A stretch of DNA of 64,000 nt from an uncultured Nanoarchaeota archaeon (GCA_963743615.1 CAVUQF010000002.1:65697-129696); one strand, 5' to 3'; positions 1 to 10,066 are shown, counted from the first letter of the stretch. A program made the numbers and translations. Notes: generated by a model from the letters alone, not told the origin.

Positions 1-663
1 AAAAATCTTTGCCGACTTCTCATCAAATATCTCGTCGACATATTGGACCTCTAAAAAATGATTTCCAGATCCGATTGTTCCAAGCTGATTTTTTCCTCTT
101 GCCTTTGCCTTTTGTGAAACTTTTTTTGAATTTGAATTTTCTATACACCCCCCATCTTCTATATTCTTTAGATCTTCCTTTGTAGCGTATCCTTTATTCA
201 AAGCCCATTTTGCACCCTGTTCGAGAATTTCATCTATCTCTTTTTCTGATATCTTTAATTCTCCACCAACTCCGACGCCTGAAGGGATATTCTTGTATAA
301 CTCATTTAGAATCTGCTCTCTTTTTCCTAAGAATTCTTTTTTTGTCAGATCTGCTGAAAGTAGCCGGACTCCACAGTTTATGTCATAACCAACTCCTCCC
401 GGGGAGATGATTCCTTTTTTTATGTCAAATGCAGCAACTCCACCAATTGGGAATCCGTAGCCAACATGAACATCACTCATCACAAGACCATAATTAATTA
501 TTCCTGGAAGTTGGCAAATATTTGAGAGTTGTTTGATACATTCCTCTTCTATATTTTTAAACAACTTATCAGAAGCAAGAATTAATCCCGGGACTAGCAT
601 GCCTCCCTGTTTAGGTAATTCATAAATATTTTCCGCAATTTTCTTCATTTTTTCTTTTAACAT
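1..663 (-). CDS. rtcB: RNA-splicing ligase RtcB, N-terminal part; the gene continues beyond the window start
   Basis: Reverse-strand translation gives MLKEKMKKIAENIYELPKQGGMLVPG...LPGI...MSDVHVGYGFPIGGV...GTIGSGNHFLEVQYVDEIFDE. These are the canonical RtcB metal-binding motifs. The start ATG lies at 661-663 on the complement. Confidence 0.85.
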   Translation of the reverse strand, partial: MLKEKMKKIAENIYELPKQGGMLVPGLILASDKLFKNIEEECIKQLSNICQLPGIINYGLVMSDVHVGYGFPIGGVAAFDIKKGIISPGGVGYDINCGVRLLSADLTKKEFLGKREQILNELYKNIPSGVGVGGELKISEKEIDEILEQGAKWALNKGYATKEDLKNIEDGGCIENSNSKKVSQKAKARGKNQLGTIGSGNHFLEVQYVDEIFDEKSAKIF

Positions 664-697
664 TTTAGTTAATAATTTCCTTTTTTCCGTTCAATTG

Positions 698-913
698 TTA
701 TATATCAAAAGTGTACAAATCTCCAGGTCCTTTCCCGGTACTTTTTATTTTGTTTGGGCTTATCCCCAAAAATTTAGAGAGCATATTCATAAAAAATAGC
801 TTGGCATTCGGATCGTTTTCGTTCATTTTCATATAAACAAGATATCGCCATTCCCCAAAACTTTCTATTCTATCTTTGTTAGAACCAAACTTTATTTTTA
901 CATAAATTTTCAT
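698..913 (-). CDS. small protein, possibly DUF167/YggU-like
   Basis: 71 aa. The segment DPNAKLFFMNMLSKFLGISPNKIK resembles the DUF167 pattern GKANxALIxFLAKxLGVxKSxV. The resemblance is weak. Confidence 0.3.
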   Translation of the reverse strand: MKIYVKIKFGSNKDRIESFGEWRYLVYMKMNENDPNAKLFFMNMLSKFLGISPNKIKSTGKGPGDLYTFDI

Positions 914-945
914 AAGGGAATCACTATCAGACTATTTTTATAAGT

Positions 946-1362
946 TTAGATATCAACAACCGCTTGCGCCCTCCATCCATTCTTGTCCTTTTTAATATAC
1001 ATCTCAGAATAAGTCGCGGCCTTCAAACTTTCAAGATCTTTATAATTTTTTGTCTTGTCTCCATAAGTAACTGCATTAAGACTTATTCTATCTTTCTCTT
1101 TCTCTATTTTAATTTTTGCTTTTGAGCACACAAAATTTTCTGCATCAAGAAGATAAATGAGTTCATCAATAAATTTGTAGAAAAGCTCTTCATTGTCTTT
1201 CGCAGAAATAATAAACTCTTTCTTTATTGAGCTATTTATTTTTTTGGACTTAGATATAAATTCCGAGAGGGCTAATACCGAGTTTTCAAATATTTCATTA
1301 ATCGTTTTGCCTGATACAGCAAATTTAATATCGGCAGTATGGCTCAAGAGTTTATATTTCAT
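946..1362 (-). CDS. archease, an RtcB activator/chaperone
   Basis: The N-terminus reads LLSHTADIKF (the archease HTAD motif). It is 138 aa and lies next to rtcB, which is the known gene pairing. Confidence 0.8.
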   Translation of the reverse strand: MKYKLLSHTADIKFAVSGKTINEIFENSVLALSEFISKSKKINSSIKKEFIISAKDNEELFYKFIDELIYLLDAENFVCSKAKIKIEKEKDRISLNAVTYGDKTKNYKDLESLKAATYSEMYIKKDKNGWRAQAVVDI

Positions 1363-1799
1363 TGTTTTGCCCAGCAGAATAGTTTCAATTGTTTTGGATT
1401 ATAAGAGTTATCGGTCGCGGTTATGAAAATACTTTGTGCGTAAACATCCTTATTTAATTTAGATCCTAATTCGCATGTATCATATGTAAGACATATTTGT
1501 GCTTGGCATACAAGGGAACTAGGAGTTAGGATTTTAATTGTGTTTTCTATGCTTGTGGGAAAATTGGAACTGCTCCAATTAATCGGGAGAAGTGAATTGT
1601 CGATACCAACTACTTCATTTCTCATACTATCATTTAGTTCGATTGTTCTGAGAACATAAATTTCATAATTGCTTACAAGGTTTGTAGTATTGGACTGAGG
1701 ATTATTTTCTTGATTCAAGATTATAATCAGAACTGCTCCAATGAGCAAAATGGCAAGAAATGCTTCTATTATCCTCATCCATCCTTTTTTATCTTTCAT
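1359..1799 (-). CDS. pilin-like protein with a class III (type IV pilin-like) signal peptide
   Basis: The N-terminus MKDKKGWMRIIEAFLAILLIGAVLIIIL has a basic stretch, a Gly, then a hydrophobic helix. It is the last gene of the pilus operon. Confidence 0.45.
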   Translation of the reverse strand: MKDKKGWMRIIEAFLAILLIGAVLIIILNQENNPQSNTTNLVSNYEIYVLRTIELNDSMRNEVVGIDNSLLPINWSSSNFPTSIENTIKILTPSSLVCQAQICLTYDTCELGSKLNKDVYAQSIFITATDNSYNPKQLKLFCWAKQ

Positions 1800-1800
1800 T

Positions 1801-2541
1801 TTACCAGACTCTTATTATTAAATTTCCCTCCTGTAGACTGCTGTTTCCGTAAAAGTATGATACGGGAAATAATTCAGAGTAAACGTTCCCGCTTTTTTTT
1901 GGATCATTCGTTCCGATTGAGGTTAGATTTTGATAAGTAAAAGTAAACCCAAAATTATCTGCAGGGGAAAGACCTAACTGACCTTTTACAGCATTGTAGT
2001 TACTGTCGTACTCTCCTATTAACTGGGCGACATTGAAATCAAGTAAATAACTTGCATTTTGAACTTGTTCAATTGTATAATTATTTTCATTCGCACCTAG
2101 TGTGAGGCTTTGGGAGTCTGGGAGAGTCCCTGATGGGACTGTGCTAAACAAGGGAGAGTAATAAATCTCAAGAAGCATTTGATTCTCTTCTCCTGAAGAT
2201 GTATCTATACAAAGATCCGATCCAGAACTTACCGAATTAAATACACTTCCTGTGGAGTTTGCAACAATAATCTTTAACGGAATTCCCAAGCTGTTTAAAT
2301 TGTCCGCCATTCCTACAAGTTTGAGGCTGTTCTGGCTTCCCTGATAATCCGTTAGCACTGTTATTGTTGTAAGATTGCCTGTCATGTTTTTTATCAGCTC
2401 TTCATGCAAATAATTGAGATCAAGAGATTTATCCTGCTGGACTTTCATAGATGAACTTACTATCGCATAGAAGAATACAAGAAAACTGACAAATATCATA
2501 AAAGAAATTATTACATCTACATTAGAACCTCTTTTGTTCAT
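1801..2541 (-). CDS. pilin-like or minor pilin protein
   Basis: The N-terminus MNKRGSNVDVIISFMIFVSFLVFFYAIV has a KRG prepilin-like cleavage motif. It overlaps the neighbouring operon genes. Confidence 0.45.
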   Translation of the reverse strand: MNKRGSNVDVIISFMIFVSFLVFFYAIVSSSMKVQQDKSLDLNYLHEELIKNMTGNLTTITVLTDYQGSQNSLKLVGMADNLNSLGIPLKIIVANSTGSVFNSVSSGSDLCIDTSSGEENQMLLEIYYSPLFSTVPSGTLPDSQSLTLGANENNYTIEQVQNASYLLDFNVAQLIGEYDSNYNAVKGQLGLSPADNFGFTFTYQNLTSIGTNDPKKSGNVYSELFPVSYFYGNSSLQEGNLIIRVW

Positions 2542-2571
2542 ATGACTACCTACTTCTAGAAATATATAAAA

Positions 2572-3441
2572 TTATCCAAAGATAACCCCTGCCCCTGCAG
2601 AGATAATGAATGAGAAAACCATCATGGCGAAAGAGTGTTTTATTCCCGCTTTTATATTTCCTTCAGATAACTTTCCGATTGTCAACCCAGTAAAGAAACC
2701 TTGTGTTAATATCAGAAATAAGAACGCATTTCCCAGCTGTTGAGTTTGTAATGCTGAATTTCCCACGGTAGCTGCTGCAGCTGTTGTTGTTCCACCAAGG
2801 ACACCACTTATTCCTCCTCCTAGTGAGCCAACATTAAAACTAGATATTAATGGAAGTATTTTATACTGCATGACTAAAACAATAATCAAAAATATAAAGA
2901 AGATTACATAACCTTGTACAACCATTGTAGATGCAGTTGCCTCTCTTTCTTTTGCAAGCTTATCAGACATACTTACTGCCGATGCAACCGCTTCGAGTAT
3001 TCTTCCTATGTCCCCTCCCGCTTTCTCTGCTTCACCAATAAGAATCAAAGCTCGGGAAATTGTTTTGTTATTTACATCTTCGGAGAATGTTTGTAAGGCA
3101 TCCTTAAGGGGAATTCCCAGAGAGATTTGATTTGCAAGCTTTTTTATGTTTATACCCAGTGCTCCATAGGGTTTATCCTTAGAATTGATAATACTCTTAT
3201 TTATAGGAGTTCCACTCTTAACACTTTCTACTAGGTCTCTTGCAAATTCGAGGAACATTTCCTGTTTTTCAGCCTCTATCTTATTCTCTTGAATTACTGA
3301 AAACACAAAAGGGGAGGCTACTATTATTACTCCTATTCCCAGCAGAAAGAAGAAAAAATTTGTTTGGATAAATAACAGGGAAATTAATATTAAAGTCAGT
3401 CCTGCAATGATTCCAATCCAATGAATTCTTTTTATTTCCAT
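2572..3441 (-). CDS. type II secretion F-domain membrane protein (TadB/FlaJ-like platform subunit)
   Basis: It is polytopic and carries a T2SSF-like cytoplasmic domain (GIPLKDALQTF...ISRALILIGEAEKAGGDIGRILE). Confidence 0.7.
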   Translation of the reverse strand: MEIKRIHWIGIIAGLTLILISLLFIQTNFFFFLLGIGVIIVASPFVFSVIQENKIEAEKQEMFLEFARDLVESVKSGTPINKSIINSKDKPYGALGINIKKLANQISLGIPLKDALQTFSEDVNNKTISRALILIGEAEKAGGDIGRILEAVASAVSMSDKLAKEREATASTMVVQGYVIFFIFLIIVLVMQYKILPLISSFNVGSLGGGISGVLGGTTTAAAATVGNSALQTQQLGNAFLFLILTQGFFTGLTIGKLSEGNIKAGIKHSFAMMVFSFIISAGAGVIFG

Positions 3442-3442
3442 T

Positions 3443-4762
3443 TTATTTTCCGGGTTGTTTAAATCTTAAAAACATTAAGAATACAAAATTTATTAATGCC
3501 ACTCCGAATACCATAATAAGCGAAATTGCTGTGGTGCTTAAGGAGATTCCAAGCCCGCTAACCTGTATCATCATAAAAAGCAGCATTAAAATCATTGGTG
3601 CTGCAATAACTACGCTTATGTAGACATCAATGAATGTTTCAGAACTTCTTGTAGATCTCTCTCTTTCAAGTCTATAATCAAGAAGGAGACTCTCCGATCT
3701 CTTATCAAAAAATTCTCCCAAGTCTCCACCAGAAGTTATATTTGTGGCTAAGCTGTTATACAAATCAGTAAGTTTTTTACTTGGGCAGTAATCCGCTGTA
3801 TTCCTAAGGGCAGTAACCAGATCATGTCCGTATATGTTTACTTCATTCATTACCTTAGTAAACTGTTTTTTAAGATTAGGGTATTCTTCTCCCGTTGATA
3901 CTATGATCTTGAAGATGTTCGTTGGCTCTATCTTAGAACCTGCGATAGCAGACATATTTATTGTTGCAAATGGCAATTCCTGATCTATGTTTGTTTCTAA
4001 TGACTTTCTTTCAAGTGAAGGATAAAAGTAAAGGAAGACAAAAGTTAGTATTGGTAGTATAAATAAGATCCAGAATAGTTCCAAAAATCTTGATATTATA
4101 TTTGTTGCAGGGACTATAAAAGGAGGAGTTGCACTTAGGTTAAAGAACAAAAAAAACAGGAATATAACTAGCGCTACTACCAGAGAAATGAATACTGAGA
4201 GAAAAATTATTGAGATATAGACAGGTGGTATAAAACCAAGATTAGTTTTGAGTAAATCATTGACCATTCCTGAAAAATTCTTGCTTTCAACCAAAGGTCT
4301 TGAAAAATCCGAGAACAATCTGCTTGCAACTCCTGCATATTTATTTGGCCCCTTTCCTACTTTTTTTGCTATTTCTTCCTTCTTTTTCTTCTCAATCCTC
4401 TTGATTATATTTTTTTCAGATCTTGAAATTCTATATTCTCTTGTAAGTTTACTTTCTTCCTCCATTTTTTCGAAGAAATTTTTCTTTGGGACTTTTTTCT
4501 CCTTATCTTCGTTCAGAACTTTATCAATAGTTTTTTTGTTATCCTGATGATCAAGAATTTTAGTCAGATTGATATTATTGATAAATTTTGGAGCTTTATC
4601 ATTTTCAATCTTTAGATTTTGCTTCAATGAGTTTATGTGAGAGGATATAATGGAGTCACTATTTTTAGAGTGGACTACGGAGGTCATCTCATTTACTATT
4701 TTTTTCTCTTTAGATATTATTTTTTTAAGCTCTAGGAAATCACTATTTTTTTGAAAAATCAT
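3443..4762 (-). CDS. type II secretion F-domain membrane protein (TadC/FlaJ-like), with a ~150-aa lysine-rich N-terminal extension
   Basis: T2SSF domain: LPFATINMSAIAGSKIEPTNIFKII...YGHDLVTALRNTADYCPSKKLTDLYNSLATNITSGGDLGEFFDKRSE. The N-terminus is K/E-rich and predicted coiled coil. Its stop is adjacent to the start of the previous gene. Confidence 0.7.
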   Translation of the reverse strand: MIFQKNSDFLELKKIISKEKKIVNEMTSVVHSKNSDSIISSHINSLKQNLKIENDKAPKFINNINLTKILDHQDNKKTIDKVLNEDKEKKVPKKNFFEKMEEESKLTREYRISRSEKNIIKRIEKKKKEEIAKKVGKGPNKYAGVASRLFSDFSRPLVESKNFSGMVNDLLKTNLGFIPPVYISIIFLSVFISLVVALVIFLFFLFFNLSATPPFIVPATNIISRFLELFWILFILPILTFVFLYFYPSLERKSLETNIDQELPFATINMSAIAGSKIEPTNIFKIIVSTGEEYPNLKKQFTKVMNEVNIYGHDLVTALRNTADYCPSKKLTDLYNSLATNITSGGDLGEFFDKRSESLLLDYRLERERSTRSSETFIDVYISVVIAAPMILMLLFMMIQVSGLGISLSTTAISLIMVFGVALINFVFLMFLRFKQPGK

Positions 4763-4956
4763 TTTAAAATATCAGAAATTTTGCTGTTTATTTGGAGAAT
4801 AAATTTCTTTGTTTTGTTAAGATCCTCAGGATTGCTTTTTTTATAAAATTCTTCGAGTTTTTTTTCGGAATCATCAAGAGAGCTTATTAGCTGCCTGAGC
4901 TGTAACACTTGCTCCCCAATCTTGTTTTTAGAATTTTTATCATCCTCTTCTTTCAT
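4759..4956 (-). CDS. small coiled-coil hypothetical protein within the pilus operon
   Basis: 65 aa and K/E-rich. It overlaps its neighbours by 4 nt. Confidence 0.3.
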   Translation of the reverse strand: MKEEDDKNSKNKIGEQVLQLRQLISSLDDSEKKLEEFYKKSNPEDLNKTKKFILQINSKISDILK

Positions 4957-4999
4957 CTGAAGAAAAAGTGAATTCTCTTATTAAATATTTTGTTCTTAA

Positions 5000-6568
5000 C
5001 TATGCTGCAATATTAAACTGAGCTAATACTTCCTTTGGTTTTTTGTAATATTCATTTATAACATCTTGAACTTTTTTGAACTCAAATATCTTTCTCTTGA
5101 ACAATTCATAGATAAGTTGGGTTCTTATTCTAAACTCAGACTCAAGGTCCCTAGTATTTATTCCGTATCTATTAGAAATTTTCTCAAAAACTTTGCTATT
5201 TTTTTTAAAGTAAAAGTCATCGTCTGAAGGGTTCCAGACAAAGGGGGTGTTTGTAAGTGCAATTCCTTCGGAACTTACGTCTATAAGCTCAACAATTTCC
5301 CTCAAACGTCTTGTCTCTTGTTTATTGACAATCGCGTGTGTCATAATACAAACACAGTCTAGGACATTAAGAAGAGTTGGAGGAAGTTCTATAGGAGGAG
5401 TTTCTAGTCTTCTGATAACACTTTCAACGGAATCGGAGTGTATCGTACTCATTGAAGAGTGCCCCGAAGCCATACCTTGGAATAGTACAGATGCTTCTCT
5501 CCCTCTGACTTCTCCCACAATGACATAATCAGGATTTTGCCTGAATGAACTTCTTAATAAGTCAAACAAGCTTACAGAGCCTATTCCTCTTATCCCAGAT
5601 GATGATCTTGAAACACTAGGAAGCCAGTTTTCTCTTGGGAGGTTTAGCTCTCTCGTATCTTCAATACTTACAACTCTTGCTTCAGGGGGTATGAAGAATG
5701 CGACTGCGTTTAGCAAAGTTGTTTTTCCAGAGGATGTTCCCCCTGTAATTAGTATATTCATCTTGTACTGTATTAAAAGCCATAAATATGCAACCATTTC
5801 TGGACTTAGTGTATTAAAGGAAACTAATTGAGGGGGAGTCCATGGTTCTTTAGTGAATTTTCTTATAGTAAATGTTGGGCCTCTACTTGTAATATCTTTT
5901 GTGTATGTCGCATTTACTCTGCTTCCATCTGGGAGACTTCCATCAAGAATCGGATTTGCATATGAAATATACTGTCCTGATCTCTGGGCTAGTTTTTCTA
6001 CAAATCCTTCCAATTTGTCCATATCTCTAAATATTATATTTGTCTTCATATTTCTATACAGTCTGTGGACAATGTAAACAGGAGTATCTGCTCCGTTATT
6101 TTCTATATCTTCAATAAAATAATCTCTTAGCAGGGGCTCGATCTCATTAAATCCGATGAAATCTCTGCAAAGATAATAGTAAATTTTTTTATAACTTTCA
6201 TAATTAATATCAATTCCTAATTCAATTAAGAGAAATCTAAATCTCTGATCAATATATCCTAACAGCCCTTCGAGATCGTTCTCTACAATAATATCAAAAT
6301 TTATCATTTCTCTCATTGCATTGAGTATCCTTCTCCTGTAGTCTTCTTCCCTCATATTCAACAAAGGCTCCTCAATCTCATAGACAACTTCGTATATTTT
6401 TGGATCCCAGTATATATGCGCAAATGCAAAGGGGGAGATCAAACAGTACCTTACATCAATTTTACTTTTATCCTCTATCCTACTCATGTGGGGGATCTGA
6501 GGAGAAAAGTCTATATCCACCTTAGGAAAATTTTCTATTCCAATTCTTTTTTGTTCTTGTTCTGGCAT
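5000..6568 (-). CDS. type IV pilus/archaellum assembly ATPase of the FlaI/TadA/VirB11 family
   Basis: Walker A ILITGGTSSGKTTLLNA, followed by SIEDTRELNLP and the His box. The 522 aa length is typical of archaeal FlaI/PilB-like ATPases. Confidence 0.85.
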   Translation of the reverse strand: MPEQEQKRIGIENFPKVDIDFSPQIPHMSRIEDKSKIDVRYCLISPFAFAHIYWDPKIYEVVYEIEEPLLNMREEDYRRRILNAMREMINFDIIVENDLEGLLGYIDQRFRFLLIELGIDINYESYKKIYYYLCRDFIGFNEIEPLLRDYFIEDIENNGADTPVYIVHRLYRNMKTNIIFRDMDKLEGFVEKLAQRSGQYISYANPILDGSLPDGSRVNATYTKDITSRGPTFTIRKFTKEPWTPPQLVSFNTLSPEMVAYLWLLIQYKMNILITGGTSSGKTTLLNAVAFFIPPEARVVSIEDTRELNLPRENWLPSVSRSSSGIRGIGSVSLFDLLRSSFRQNPDYVIVGEVRGREASVLFQGMASGHSSMSTIHSDSVESVIRRLETPPIELPPTLLNVLDCVCIMTHAIVNKQETRRLREIVELIDVSSEGIALTNTPFVWNPSDDDFYFKKNSKVFEKISNRYGINTRDLESEFRIRTQLIYELFKRKIFEFKKVQDVINEYYKKPKEVLAQFNIAA

Positions 6569-7089
6569 TATCCTAGTGAAAAATCCATATTTGTAGGATT
6601 TCCTCCATTATTTGAAATTAAAAGATTGTAGGGGGTGGAAGAGTGCGTTATCTCTCTTACACTGTTTCCTCCGGAATAAGTTATGTTATATATCTTGTTG
6701 TAACTCATGGTCATGTTCACTATATTCAGATTATTTTGTGCTTGTGTATTAACTAAAATATTTCCGTAGCTCACAGGTTGCCCGGGCTCGCTAAATTGAT
6801 AATGACTATTGTCCATACTAAAAATAATGAGATCATTAGTTCCATCAATTGTCAGAGTTCCGGATGTTAAACTAATTTGCAGGCTTCTGGTATTGCCCGC
6901 ACCGTTATCTGCAAGGGACAATAAAATATTATTAATATTATTCAACATTGATACTGATTGTTGCAAAGTAGCTTTATCCTGTAATTCCATTATTTTTGGT
7001 TGAACATAAGAGAGCACTAATCCAATAATCACCAAGGCGATTAGAGTATAAATAACTGTCTCAACCCAAACCTGCCCTCTTTTACTCAT
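6568..7089 (-). CDS. type IV pilin-like protein
   Basis: The N-terminus MSKRGQVWVETVIYTLIALVIIGLVL has Gly, then Glu at +5, then a hydrophobic helix. This is the classic T4 pilin signature. Confidence 0.55.
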   Translation of the reverse strand: MSKRGQVWVETVIYTLIALVIIGLVLSYVQPKIMELQDKATLQQSVSMLNNINNILLSLADNGAGNTRSLQISLTSGTLTIDGTNDLIIFSMDNSHYQFSEPGQPVSYGNILVNTQAQNNLNIVNMTMSYNKIYNITYSGGNSVREITHSSTPYNLLISNNGGNPTNMDFSLG

Positions 7090-7188
7090 TATATTATGAA
7101 TAAAATTTAATTTAAATAATTATCATATACATCAAATTTAATTAGTTCTTAGCATAGAGAGATACAAATAATTCTATGGATCTTTTGA

Positions 7189-7806
7189 TTAATGGATAGA
7201 TAAGTCATGGTAGAAGAATTTTTTTCCTTCCATTAGAACAAAGTCAAGATAGGGATTTCCATTATAAAATAAGATTAAATCTTTGCATATCTGAACGATA
7301 TAATCTCTAAATTCAAAATCAGGAATCTCCGAAAATAGGATTTTATTATTAATAATTGGGACCTTAAATGAAAAATCCGGAGTAAAATCTGTCCCAGATT
7401 TCCTTAGTCCGTTTTTTATATCAATATAAATCGTATTTCCTATCTTAAATGAATGGCCTGTAAAAATAGTATTAGCCTCATTAAATGAGGGACCTATCGA
7501 AAAAATTCTATTTTTTCTGGAAATTCCATCCGCCTCCATCTCTGCATTTAATGATCTTAGAGCAGATTCAATTTCATTTTTATGAATATTAACTCTTCTC
7601 CATCTACCCATTTTGTAGGGGTGATCTGTAATCTTTATTCTGTTATCAGACCCCATAATTAAAATATTTTCTTTTTCTCCAATCTCCTCCAAAAATTCGG
7701 AAGGTATTTCTGAAATAATATTGAAATGAACAAACCTCTCAGGTAAGCCCATCTTCTTTAGTAACAAAACTCCTTGGATATTCATAAAAATATAGTTTAG
7801 AATCAA
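7189..7806 (-). CDS. hypothetical protein embedded in the pilus locus
   Basis: 205-aa ORF with no recognisable motif. Its start is uncertain; MGLPERF is an alternative. Confidence 0.3.
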   Translation of the reverse strand: MILNYIFMNIQGVLLLKKMGLPERFVHFNIISEIPSEFLEEIGEKENILIMGSDNRIKITDHPYKMGRWRRVNIHKNEIESALRSLNAEMEADGISRKNRIFSIGPSFNEANTIFTGHSFKIGNTIYIDIKNGLRKSGTDFTPDFSFKVPIINNKILFSEIPDFEFRDYIVQICKDLILFYNGNPYLDFVLMEGKKFFYHDLSIH

Positions 7807-7900
7807 GTTAAAAAATCTTACTCATAAAAGAATTGTAAATCGGACCAGTAGGGTAAATTTTAATTAAATTTAACTTTTTTAAGAATAACTAATGTAAACT

Positions 7901-8413
7901 TTATGATAAGAGACTACAGTCATCTAGTTTTTGTATTGAATCTGAAGCAGAGCATTGTTGCCCTCCTATCACCGGAGCAACTTGTATTGAATTTGGAGCA
8001 CTTGACCCTGTCCAAGAATAAAGATATGTTGATCCTGAGTTTATGCCCGGTAATATTACTTGCGAACTTCCATCTGGATAATTTGATAAACCCTGAATTG
8101 CCTGAGTTTGTGTTGTTATTGTAAAACTTTTCGATTGGCTTGGGCCAGAAATTGAAACTAAAGCTCCATCTACACTACTGCCACCTATATTCAATGAGAA
8201 TTGAACTTGATTTGAACTGCTATTATAACAAGAATATTCATTGTTTAAGGTGATATCATTGTAAACATTGTAACAAGATGTCGACTGGCTAATTTTAGGG
8301 CTGATAAAATTGTTTATCACAGTCCATACAACCGCAACCAGCACGATTGTTAATACGACAAGAAGCAAAGTTGCTATAATAGTTGAGATGCCTCTCTTAT
8401 TTTTTGAAAACAT
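7901..8413 (-). CDS. archaeal-type pilin (DUF361-like N-terminus)
   Basis: N-terminus MFSKNKRGISTIIATLLLVVLTIVLVAVV. The mature part is S/T/N-rich. Confidence 0.6.
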   Translation of the reverse strand: MFSKNKRGISTIIATLLLVVLTIVLVAVVWTVINNFISPKISQSTSCYNVYNDITLNNEYSCYNSSSNQVQFSLNIGGSSVDGALVSISGPSQSKSFTITTQTQAIQGLSNYPDGSSQVILPGINSGSTYLYSWTGSSAPNSIQVAPVIGGQQCSASDSIQKLDDCSLLS

Positions 8414-8414
8414 T

Positions 8415-8897
8415 TTAACTTAAAGAAATTTTATATTGATTCTGGCTTCCACAGGTATAAACCTGCTCTTGCCCTCCACTTGTGCTTCCCATTAATATTG
8501 GAATTAAGACTAAGCTGCTAGATCCAGATGGCAAGGTGACACTTCCAGAGAACACTCCCCCCTGATTTATTCCTATTTTGGGCCAACTTGAGATTAGACT
8601 GCTCACTGTTTGAGTTTGGTATGCTCCTCCGGCTCCATTAATTTGAACATTAAAGTTATAGATTGGTACATTTCCTGTATTAGAAATTGCTAGAGTTCCT
8701 GAAGTAGTAGACGTTGATGAATAACTCCCCTCAAACTGAACGTTATTACAAACCAATTGAATATTTTCTCCTCCAAATTTAGTCACCGCCTCTTGCGTAA
8801 AGCTTCTGAACCAGAAGAATACAACCAGCCCTAAAGCGATAACAATTCCAATCAGTAAAACTGTTGCTATTACTGGCGAAACCCCCTTTTTGTTCAT
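8415..8897 (-). CDS. archaeal-type pilin (DUF361-like N-terminus)
   Basis: The N-terminus MNKKGVSPVIATVLLIGIVIALGLVVF matches the archaeal pilin N-terminal domain consensus (GVSPVIATVLLI). Confidence 0.65.
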   Translation of the reverse strand: MNKKGVSPVIATVLLIGIVIALGLVVFFWFRSFTQEAVTKFGGENIQLVCNNVQFEGSYSSTSTTSGTLAISNTGNVPIYNFNVQINGAGGAYQTQTVSSLISSWPKIGINQGGVFSGSVTLPSGSSSLVLIPILMGSTSGGQEQVYTCGSQNQYKISLS

Positions 8898-8945
8898 ATT
8901 TTATTAAGTACAAATTAGTTTATAAATATAATGAGATTTTGAAAA

Positions 8946-9515
8946 TTAAGAACAGGTTATTGGGAGATCTATCTTTGCATTATCACACCCTGCAATCACA
9001 TTTCTTCCATTTAATTCCACAAATCTTGTCGGGGTAATCTCCAAACTGTTCAATGTTGTAATAGGGATCACAGGGTTTATCTTTGATAAATCGAAAAAAT
9101 TATCACTACCCCCCGTTATTTCTCCCGGGCTAAATGGGTTCAGGCTTGGATTAAGATTCCCCTCTGTAAGAAGGAAATAATAAACAGCATTGTTTGCTAT
9201 TGTGTAATCTCCCGAATAATATTCCGTAAGATCTATTGTGGCTATCTGTTGATTTGGACTATCCGATCCATGTATGAAGTAACCTGAAATGTTGAAAGTT
9301 CCTGTGTTTTGCAGTGTTAGATTTAGTGTGTTGCTTGCACAGCTGTAATTATAACTAATTACAGATAGAGATACCCCGTCGGGGCAAGATATTGCATCTT
9401 GAGGAACATAAGTTTTAAGCCATTGATATACAAAAATGCTTATTGTTACAACAATTGCAACTAATAAAATATATCCGATGATTTCGCTTACACCTTTTTT
9501 ATTTTTTGTATTCAT
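8946..9515 (-). CDS. archaeal-type pilin-like protein
   Basis: N-terminus MNTKNKKGVSEIIGYILLVAIVVTISI. Confidence 0.55.
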   Translation of the reverse strand: MNTKNKKGVSEIIGYILLVAIVVTISIFVYQWLKTYVPQDAISCPDGVSLSVISYNYSCASNTLNLTLQNTGTFNISGYFIHGSDSPNQQIATIDLTEYYSGDYTIANNAVYYFLLTEGNLNPSLNPFSPGEITGGSDNFFDLSKINPVIPITTLNSLEITPTRFVELNGRNVIAGCDNAKIDLPITCS

Positions 9516-10021
9516 TATCCGCTTACAGTGTAATTCTGTCCCCCGCTTTGACTAGATATAATAAAGAAAAAATTCTCATTTGATAATTGGAAGTTATAGT
9601 TATAATTATTAATCATGACACTTACTGTGCTTCCAGAAGGATTAAAATATTCTGAATATACTTTTTGGAGTGTATTCGTCGGAGAAAAACCATCTATTCT
9701 GACAGTGGCAGGAAAATTTTGATATATCGTAACGTTCATTCCATTTGTTCCATTAAAAATAAAATACCAATCATCTTGGGGTGTGCTATTAATGTATAAG
9801 TTGGCTAGAGAATATAAGCTATTTTCCATTTGTGCATTATCATAGTGGTTAACTATTCCATAATTTATAACTTTTTGGCTTTCAATTGTGAGTTCATCTT
9901 TTAAGTAGGAAGCATCGTAATTTTGTTGTGAAGAAACAGAATTTGAAACTACAAAAAAACCTATTGAAGCAGAAATGATAACTATTGCGGCTATGAGGAA
10001 GAACTGCCCCCTTTTGTTCAT
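9515..10021 (-). CDS. pilin-like protein, first gene of the operon
   Basis: N-terminus MNKRGQFFLIAAIVIISASIGFFV. It shares 1 nt with the next gene. Confidence 0.5.
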   Translation of the reverse strand: MNKRGQFFLIAAIVIISASIGFFVVSNSVSSQQNYDASYLKDELTIESQKVINYGIVNHYDNAQMENSLYSLANLYINSTPQDDWYFIFNGTNGMNVTIYQNFPATVRIDGFSPTNTLQKVYSEYFNPSGSTVSVMINNYNYNFQLSNENFFFIISSQSGGQNYTVSG

Positions 10022-10066
10022 CGGATAAACAACGAAAAAGTGTTTATTAATTTATTGAAAATATCC

